DNA from: Octopus sinensis
Lineage: Eukaryota
NCBI RefSeq assembly: GCF_006345805.1
Contig: NC_043009.1
Coordinates: forward strand, 54,250,001 to 54,314,000
DNA: 64,000 nt
Direction: 5' to 3'
The position numbers and the translations under genes were made by a program. Of this stretch, positions 54,524 through 64,000 are shown one piece after another (the first letter of the stretch is position 1; each line of letters begins with the position of its first letter). The notes below the pieces were generated by a model, which saw only the letters and a list, made by a program, of their open reading frames with translations, was not told where the DNA came from and ran no database searches.

Positions 54524-55769
54524 ACATATGTATGTCCCATTAAAAAAAATCATGTGGTTATTGGAATTAAAAGGTCTCTCAATAGTTTCTTTGATAGGGA
54601 AAAGCAATCAGTTTTCCACTCCTTTGTAGCAATGCTACGACAATTTCACCTAAGATCCAGGCTTCTCTCTTGCTAATAAAACGCTTGATTTCATTATATT
54701 TTATATTATAGTTTTTACTATTTGGTTTATCAAGCTCATTTTCCATGTAAATTTTCAACGATTTTTGTGTATTCTGACCTTATAATAATATCCGCTTTCT
54801 TTTATTTGCCTTGGGACAAACACAAAACGATTGCCGTTATCATCATCGTCGTCGTCGTCATCGTTGTCGTCGCTCTTGTTAATGTTATTGTCATCATTGT
54901 TTTCTTGAAGTTGTTTGTGTTGATGTCTTTATTGTTGCTGTTTACGAAAAGAGTCTTTTAACAAAGTTGCCAAAATTTCGGAATTTACCACGTTTTCTTA
55001 ATGGACATTTTTTCTTTTCATTTTACAGAAAATAGCTTCGAAATATTTGAATGCCTAACCAATTATACTCACCTGGTATTAAATAGAAAAGATTCCTTCT
55101 TATACATTTTTATCGCAAACACATTTTTTTTTTTTTACTAACATTTATTTTTATTTGGTTTTTGTGGTTCGATACTGACATCTCGGTTGTAGTTTGAGCA
55201 ATGTTACGCGTGGTGGCTAAACGAATACGCTTGCTACATAAGTGCAATCACTGTTTGACATTCGAAAATAAAATTAAATGGTATCAACAGAACCATCACC
55301 AATAACAGCAAATTATCCAGTGCTAGCTTTGCAAGTCAAAAGGAAATATGAAACACACGCAAGGAATAAAGCCTGGAAGAGATAGGTTACAAAAGACAGT
55401 GTCTCCTTGCTTGAGGTGCTTATACAGAAATGCAAAGAGGTAGTTAACATAACTACGTTCTGTTTTTTTCTCTTTAGGAAATGGGAGAAATTTCCATATG
55501 CCAAGAGAAATAGAACCAGAAGCAGTGCCCGTTAATGTGACATGATGTGTGTCAATTTCATTGTCATGTGTCTTACTGTCCAGCTTTGTGTCAGTTTAAA
55601 ATCTCCGACCATAAAGCAATTAGATTAGAGCATAACACCTACATAGATGGCTTCTTGTGTAGGATCAGAACAACAAGCTGCTTGATCTACTTTCAGTTTC
55701 TGCAAACGTGAGGACAATCCACGTTTGGTTTATTGTCTCCTTCACTGTGCAGTACTGGTAGTAGTTGAC

Positions 55770-56184
55770 CAATTCTACTATATGGCTCAGAAACCTGGAC
55801 GTTATCAAAGAAACTTGAGAGGCGGTTGGATGGAACCTACACTCGCCTCCTTATGAGAGCTCAAAATCTCTCGTGGAAGCGTCATCCAACCAAAATGCAA
55901 ATATATGGAAAACTACCACCTGTGTCATCTCTTGTGAAAGGTAGGAGAGTCCAGTTTGCTGGACATTGTTGTAGAGCTGAAAACGAGGCAATTTCTACTC
56001 TTCTCCTCTGGAAGCCATCTACTCGCAATAACAGAGGGCGCACACTCTCCTACCCTGATGTAAACTCCAGGGATACAGGCATCCAGCAACAGGACCTCCG
56101 TAATTCTATGATGAACCGTGAAATCTGGCGTAGCATGGTAAATTCCATTGTCTCGAACACGGTCGAACAATGATGATGATGATG
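55770..56184 (+). mobile_element. Young 5'-truncated RTE/RTEX-type LINE insertion with (TGA)n tail and 10-bp TSD
   Basis: Uninterrupted frame PILLYGSETW..RRVQFAGHCCR..EIWRSMV..EQ*. AGTAGTTGAC occurs at both 55760-55769 and 56185-56194. Confidence 0.92.
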
Positions 56185-56761
56185 AGTAGTTGACACGCAA
56201 CGAGCATATGATCGGATGGCACCTATATGAATATCTGTGTTTAAGTAAGCTTCATACCCAAGAACCACAATGCTGTTCGCTGTTGCAGCTCGTTGAGGGA
56301 GCAGAGAGATCAATCGGGTTGACTGTAAAAGATGCAGTTGTTTGATATATAGTAAAACGCCACAAGAAAAGGGCTTCATTCTCAGATCACAAAACGAAAA
56401 GAAAACGAAAACAGAAATAACAATAACAATAGTTGCAGGTTTTGAAATAAAGATCATGGATCCCATTGCCACGGTCTCCAAAGTACCACAAGTCACTTCT
56501 AGTGGAAGCACATGAAAATGCCATAACATCAGTGCTACAATGACCAATAGACTACAATAAGCAGTCAAGTGGTCACATCTTTCAGCACAGAACTGATCAG
56601 AGACGGCAAAAAAGAACAAACAGAGGGTAGATAATGGTGGGAAAGTGTTGTGGACAGAGAGAAAATAAGTGAAGGAAAAATTAGAAAGAGTAGACAAGAC
56701 AAGCAAGGGTGAGAAGTTCTCTCAGGAAAAGGCCTTAAAAATAGAGTGCATGAAACATACC

Positions 56762-57360
56762 TATTTCTTTACTACCCACAAGGGGCTAAACACAAAGAGG
56801 ACAAACAAGGACAGACAAAGGGATTAAGTCGATTATATCGACCCCAGTGCGTAACTGGTACATATTTAATCGACCCCAAAACGATGAAAGGCAAAGTCGA
56901 CCTTGGCGGAATTTGAACTCAGAACGTAGCGGCAGGCGAATACCTATTTCTTTATTACCCACAAGGGGCTAAACATAGGGGGGACAAACAAGGACAGACA
57001 TAGGTATTAAGTCGATTACATCGACCCCAGTGCGTAACAGGTACTTAATTTATCGACCCCGAAAGGATGAAAGGCAAAGTCGACCTCGGCGGAATTTGAA
57101 CTCAGAACGTAATGGCAGGCGAAATACCTATTTCTTTATTACCCACAAGGGGCTAAACACAGAGGGGACAAACAAGGACAGACATAGGTGTTAAGTCGAT
57201 TACATCGACCCCAGTGCGTAACAGGTACTTAATTTATCGACCCCGAAAGGATGAAAGGCAAAGTCGACCTCGGTGGAATTTGAACTCAGAACGTAATGGC
57301 AGGCGAAATACCGCTAAGCATTTCCCCCGGCGTGCTAACGATTCTGCCAGCTCGCCGCCT
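56762..57360 (-). mobile_element. SINE family D trimer (one head plus three 183-184-bp body/tail units) with a 15-bp TSD
   Basis: Units 56762-56944, 56945-57128 and 57129-57312; head 57313-57360. TGCATGAAACATACC occurs at both 56747-56761 and 57365-57379. Confidence 0.93.
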
Positions 57361-58408
57361 TGAATGCATGAAACATACCACGTTTCGGTGGACAACTCAA
57401 GACGACGTAATGAAATTCTAATTCTAACAAGAAAGAATTACATACAATGCAAGCGGAGATACGAAGCGAATACAGGAGATCCCTAAGATAATTGATGGTT
57501 GATCAATAACACAACTATGAAGTGCTGAAGGAACAGGTGCCAGATAACGGTACAGCTTTCATGACTTGACTGAGGTCTGAAAACACCGAGGAAAAATATC
57601 TGGGCATCCACATGACTTAGAGAAATGGAAAGTGAAGGTTCCTCTGATGCTAAAGAAGTAGCCACCTGTGTAAGAGTACTGCTCTTATTTCTATTTTCTA
57701 TGGGGAGAAAACTGTCGCAAACCTTATTTACTGTACACTCCCACATACACACAAAGATACACATATATCGTTTTTTTAAAATCTTTTTACTTTTTCAGTA
57801 AATTTGACTGCGGCCATGCTGGGGCAACGTCTTGGAGAATGCGTTCAATGCACCAACCCCAGTACCTATTTTTTAAAGCCTGGTACTTACTCTATCGCTT
57901 GTTTTTGATGTACTGCTAAGTTACAGGAACATAAACACGCCAACACCAATTGCCCAACGGTGGTGAGGGGACAAGCGCAGACACACAGACACACACATAC
58001 GCGCATATATACATATATAGGACAAGATTCTATCATTTTCCATCTACCAAATCCACTCACAAGGCTGTGATCTTCTACTTTAGCTCGACGCTAGAGTAGA
58101 AGACACTTGCCCAAGGTGCCACGCATATATATATATATATATATATATGTATATGTATGTATACATATATGTGTGAGTGTGTGTGTATGTGTGTGTGTGC
58201 TTGTGTGTCTACATGTATGTATATTCATTTACGTATTTGTCTGCATGTGTAAAGTTCCCACGCGTTCTCTAGTTCCATTTTTCTTTATAAAATTAATTTG
58301 GTAAGTGTAAGGGTCCATATGGCTAATAAACATAGTATTAGTATTACGTTTGTCTTCTTCTCTTCTTCCCCCTAATTATTCCTATAATTATTATCATTAT
58401 TGTTATCA

Positions 58409-58445
<37 letters not shown>

Positions 58446-58467
58446 CATTATTATTATTATTATTATA

Positions 58468-58498
<31 letters not shown>

Positions 58499-58499
58499 T

Positions 58500-58810
58500 A
58501 TTGAGTGAGAGAGCAGTTCATGCCATCAAAGTGACACTGGGGTAAAATATACGAAGCCCAATATACCCATCATGACTACCCGTCTGATAAGGGTACACCA
58601 GGCACATGCATCACAACCATATGTGCGCGACATGGTGATCTCATATCAAGATAAACACCACATGACCTTGCATGTGGGGCTCAGTTAGAATTTTCTTCAG
58701 GTTGAGTAGCCCATCCCGCTCAAAAGGTCCCTGAATAAGGGTTGTTTAAGAATGTTGAAAGAACCACCCATGTTTCCAGAGGTAAATTATTCAAACCCCA
58801 AATAATCCTA
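58500..58810 (-). mobile_element. Unclassified retroposon 3' end with (AAT)n tail
   Basis: Minus strand ends gtgtcactttgatggcatgaactgctctctcactc-aataataat. Recognised from memory as a common octopus repeat. Confidence 0.55.
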
Positions 58811-58861
58811 TTATTATTATTACTACTACTATTATTACTATCAATACTACTATTATTATTA

Positions 58862-58906
<45 letters not shown>

Positions 58907-59708
58907 TTATTATTAATCATATTATGCTTGGTGCTGATACATTTAATGAAGTTGAGAACTAGTTATAAACCGAAGCACGTGAAAAATGTAAACAAGACTG
59001 AGAAATTGCAATTGAAGCAATCGTCAACATCATCATCATCATCACCATTATCACCACTTCCGCCACCACCATCAACATTTATTTTCTTTTTTATTGCTTT
59101 TTTATTCGTTAGTTTCGTTTTTCTTTTTCTTTCTTTTTTTTTCTTTAAACATGATTTCTTTTATTTAATGCGTATGAATTGGGGTTTATTGAGTGGGACA
59201 ACTGGAAAAAATTTCGGGAGAAATTCTCTCAGAATTCAATTACATTTTTCATCCCTTCGGGGTTCAATATATGATAAGGTTGCAGAGAAGGTGATCTTAA
59301 CTGATTGTACAACCCTCCATTTAAACTGTCCAAATGAAGCGCAGGTGTGTCTCTGCGCTTAAGAGAATCGCTTTGCAACCATACCATTTCGGGTTCATTT
59401 CCACTGCGTGGCACCATGTGCAGGCGTCTTCTATTATAACCACGGGCTAAGCAACTTCTTGTGGGTGAATATGATACAGAGAAGCTACATGGAAACCCTT
59501 TATAAATATACACATACACTCACCTACACACAAACACACACACACACACACACATACTCATATACAAAAAAAACAGAAAATTGGAAATTTTTGGTATCAT
59601 TCAATATTGGATTGCAATACTGGAATAAGCAAATGTACAGAGATTTACTCTATCTAAATATTAAATATATATATATATATGTATGTATATATATATATAT
59701 ATATATAG

Positions 59709-59740
<32 letters not shown>

Positions 59741-59746
59741 GTATAT

Positions 59747-59786
<40 letters not shown>

Positions 59787-59808
59787 ATATATAATATATA
59801 TATATATG

Positions 59809-59842
<34 letters not shown>

Positions 59843-59849
59843 TATTATA

Positions 59850-59951
<102 letters not shown>

Positions 59952-59988
59952 AAAAAAGTGAGTTGGGGGTATATATATATATATATAT

Positions 59989-60205
59989 AGTTAAGCGAAA
60001 CATGAAAGCACAAAGAGATGAACACAACAACGGGAGGACGTGGAAAAAGTATAATGTTATTGGACGCTTACCAAAGAAGGAAAGAAGGAGGGTTTAACGT
60101 TTCGAGCAGAGTTCTCCGTCAGAAACATAGAAGAAGGAAAGATCCAAAGAAGGGAAGACGGAGGAAAAATATCGCCAAGAGGTACACCCGCGGTCACATT
60201 TTGAA
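59989..60205 (-). mobile_element. Penelope-type P1 element with a mutated hammerhead (60092-60126)
   Basis: gttt-CTGACGG-a-GAAC-tct-GCTC-GAA-ACGT-T-aaac. A9 is changed to G and stem II has a mismatch. Confidence 0.75.
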
Positions 60206-60248
60206 TCTATCTATCTATATGTATGTATATATATATATATATATATAT

Positions 60249-60289
<41 letters not shown>

Positions 60290-61067
60290 GAGATAGATAT
60301 ATACATACATACATGTATATATACTTTTACTTCTTTCAGTCATCTGGCTGCGGCTACACTGGAGCACCGCCTTTAATCGAACATAACAACCCAGGGCGTA
60401 TTCTTTATACTTATTCTTTTTTTTGGGGGGGGGGTCTTTTGCCGAACCACTAATTTACAGGGACATCAACACTCCGACATCGGTTGTCAAGCGATGCAGT
60501 TGGGCCAACCACAGACACACACACACACACACAAATATATACACATATACACATAATCCGACGGGATTCTTTTAGTATCCGACTCCCAAATTCACTAATA
60601 AGCTATTGGTCGGCGCGTCGCTATAGCGGAAGACACTTGCCCAAAGTGCCAGGCAGCGGGACTGAACCGGAACCATGTGGTTGTAAACATGCTTCTTAGC
60701 ACATATATATATATATATAATATGCGTGTGTGTGTGTGTGGAGACACATGGCTAAGTGGTTGGGGTGTAGCAGTCTCATGATATCAAAATTGTGTTTTTA
60801 ATTCCTGGTGCGGGTGATCCGTTGTGCTTTTGAGTAAACCACTTCATTTTGCGTTGCTCCAGTCCGCTCAGCTGGCAAAAATGTATGGTCTTGTGATGGT
60901 CCGGTGTTCTTTCCAGCTAGGAGTAAATATGACTCAGAATCGGGAAACCGGTCTTCTGAGCCTAAAGTTCGGAGAGGAGCTTTCATCTATTTATATATTT
61001 CCATATGTGTGTGTATGTAAATGCATATATGTATATATGAAGGTATATGTGTGTATCATTTTGTCTG

Positions 61068-61147
<80 letters not shown>

Positions 61148-61404
61148 ACGGGCTTCCACACAGTTTCCATCTACCAAATATTCGCTCACGTATTGGTCCG
61201 CTCGGGGCAATTATCAGAAGACACTTGTCCAAGATGTACAGCAATGCTAAACCCTAAAGTAAGTTTCTTACCCTGACCCCCGCGCAGACACACAGGCAAC
61301 TATGCCTGCGCCCTCCACACCCACATGCCTCGCTTGCTGCAATATACTTCATAGGGACGTCGACCCCAATAGGTTTGAGCTTAAATCATAAAGAGTAAAA
61401 GGGT

Positions 61405-61990
61405 AAAGACCCTCTTTGGTCATGAATGACCATGGATTGCACCTCTAAAATGTTACCCTCCGAGGCACAAGTCCGAGCAAGCCTGTTCATGAAAGACCAG
61501 CAGTCGCCCATGCATACCATCCTCCCCTCTCCAAGCCAACGGTGTTATCCAAGGGAACGGAAAACGCCGGTAGAACTTGACACCGTGGCGTTGCAACTAA
61601 TTTTTACATCTGAGTGAACTGGAGCAACGTGAAATAAAGTGTCTTGCTCAAGAACATATATATATATATATATATATACACCATATATATATGTATATAA
61701 ATGGCGGTGCCCCAGCATGGCCACAGCTTGTGAGCTGAAACTAGATAAATAAAAAAGTTTTTTTTTTAATATATATATATAGATAGATATATATTCTCAT
61801 ATATTTACTATAGTACTTATATCTATTTAGGTATACGTGTATACATACATACACATACACATACATACACACACATACACACACACACACATATATATAT
61901 ATGTATGTATCTCAACGGCCCAGTGCAGGAATCGAACTGGTTACCTAATGATTGTGAGCCCGACGCTCTAACCGCTGAACCATGCGTCTT
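61405..61990 (-). mobile_element. SINE family B split by microsatellites and a short retroposed tail
   Basis: Tail/core at 61405-61655 and head at 61915-61990. Confidence 0.7.
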
Positions 61991-62434
61991 CATAAAGAGC
62001 CATTAATAAATAACGCAAGGCATTTTGTTCGACGCGCTAACGATTTCACCTATCGAATCCAATGATAGTAGTGATAAAGCGAATTTTTTTTTTTCTCCCC
62101 AGGATTATCTTCTGGAATATCATATGGTGAACAGTGTACGCTCCTGTAGTGGAAATGATGCAGAACCATGGTATATTCATCAACTGTGGTAAAATGGAGG
62201 TGGTATAGTAGCAACTTAAATCGTATTATTTGTTTCGTACGTTAAATTATGTACGGTAAAGCACCAAGATGAAATATTTAGTCGAATAAACTGACACTAG
62301 TACTTTTATGGAAAGAAATCCGAATCGCTCAGTTACGAACACGCAAAATAAAAAATCACGCCTTGTTAAGCAGTGGGGATGATATACGCAAGCTGTGATA
62401 TAAAGAAGCACACATGCAAATATAGATAGATAGG

Positions 62435-62510
<76 letters not shown>

Positions 62511-62617
62511 ATTATATATATACATACATACATACATATATGTGTGTGTGTATGTATACACGTATACCTAAATAGAGATAGATACATTTCTAGAATTATT
62601 ATAGTAAATATATCAGA

Positions 62618-62649
<32 letters not shown>

Positions 62650-62697
62650 TACATTCTTTTATGCGTTTTAGCCGAATAGCTGTGCCATGCTGGAGCA

Positions 62698-62740
<43 letters not shown>

Positions 62741-62767
62741 CATATATTTATATTAATATATATATAT

Positions 62768-62820
<53 letters not shown>

Positions 62821-63884
62821 GTTTGTGCTGTGTGTGCGTGTGTGTGTGCGCGCGCGTTTGTGTATGATGAGCTTCCAAACAGTTTCTGTATACCAAATTC
62901 ACCCACATTGGTCGGCCCAGTGTTATAATAAAATACACTTCAGCAAGGGTCTACGCAGTAGGATAGAACCCGATGCCGCGTGGTTTCAAAGAAAACTTCG
63001 AAACGACACACCCATTCTTGTAGCGTATCAGGTCTGCTGCACTATGATGTTATATAGTTACTATGGTATAAAAGAGATGGTACAGCAGCATGTTATGGAT
63101 TGACGACGAAATAAAGGGGAGGCACAGCACCAAGTTACATGTATTAACTGATAGAGTACTACTATGCGTATTAAATAAGGTATAACAGAAGATGTTACAG
63201 AGCTATGATCTATATCAACTCAAGTATTATATGAAGTAAGGCAAATAATGATTAATGTTAATTTCTAATATACTTTAAGTTATTGTATATAATGTTCAGT
63301 GGATGGAAAACAAACAATAGATAATTATATATTGAAGCAATGACACATTATCAATAAGTAACAAGGGAATTAAGTGTAAGCTTATTCCCGTCTTATTACG
63401 ATGTCATCAGTATCACGTAGATATCGACATATTTATTGAAGTAGTTACGAGAGAATATCTAAGTGCGGTGTAATGTTTATACCAGTTTATTAAGAATATT
63501 TTATGAAATGAATTACGTACATTGAGGAGAGAATTACTCGGAGACGTCATCCTTAGGAAAAATATCAATTAGGTTTGCTGTAACCGATAAAATATGATGA
63601 GCAATGAGAAGATGTGAATCTGAGGATAGTCGAAATGAATATGCGTTGAGCAAGAAATGAAACGACGATATTAATGTTTGAATAATATTGTTGTGAATAT
63701 TTCACGTAGGGGATGCAACTACAGTTAGTTTCCAGTCTTATGATGACCACATTCAGAGAGTACTAAAACTTTGCTGAAGTAGTTATAGTAAAATCGCGAA
63801 AGAATTGTAATTATTGTAAGTAGTTTTGTCTCTCTATATACAGTCACATTTTCACATACTTCCGGTGGTGCCAGTACATATGCT

Positions 63885-63943
<59 letters not shown>

Positions 63944-63956
63944 CTGATGGATAGAC

Positions 63957-63998
<42 letters not shown>

Positions 63999-64000
63999 CT

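Noticed and set aside
55029-55545. Strong plus-strand acceptors at 55028 and 55477
   Set aside because: T-run acceptors are common by chance in this composition, and the following frames are short and unrecognised.
56050-56706. 218-codon hydrophobic ORF on the minus strand
   Set aside because: Non-ATG start, runs antisense into a LINE insertion, lies in T-rich sequence that suppresses stops, and shows no recognisable domain.
56762-57360. CRISPR-like or satellite interpretation of the 184-bp array
   Set aside because: No unique spacers, and the units are SINE bodies.
63594-63630. C/D-box snoRNA (ATGATGA..CTGA)
   Set aside because: The boxes are only ~19 nt apart with no terminal stem.

Overview
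AT-rich eukaryotic intronic/intergenic DNA, most likely from an octopod cephalopod. That assignment is inferred from recognising the tRNA-derived SINE families and the very dense AT/AC/AGAT/AAT microsatellites; no database search was run. There is one 100-N scaffold gap. The window is dominated by simple repeats and mobile-element relics: a CR1/Jockey-group LINE endonuclease region, a degraded RTE LINE, a young 5'-truncated RTE-type insertion with a target-site duplication (TSD), a deleted mariner, several fold-back MITE-like elements, at least four SINE families (labelled A-D here), and many short Penelope-type pieces carrying minimal hammerhead ribozyme motifs. No complete host gene can be supported. 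The best host-like coding signal is one C2H2 zinc finger on the minus strand (31496-31618). The most interesting signals are: (1) about 11 hammerhead relics from several sequence families, two with intact cores; (2) recurring tails-out inverted pairs of those elements; (3) a TSD-flanked SINE trimer whose junctions and target site all begin with GGTAT, suggesting self-targeted nested insertion; (4) the zinc finger, whose stop overlaps a downstream ATG at an (AT)n run; (5) a pri-miRNA-like hairpin; (6) ratchet-like AG|GT sites on the minus strand. Coordinates of degenerate repeats are approximate and all alignments were done by eye.
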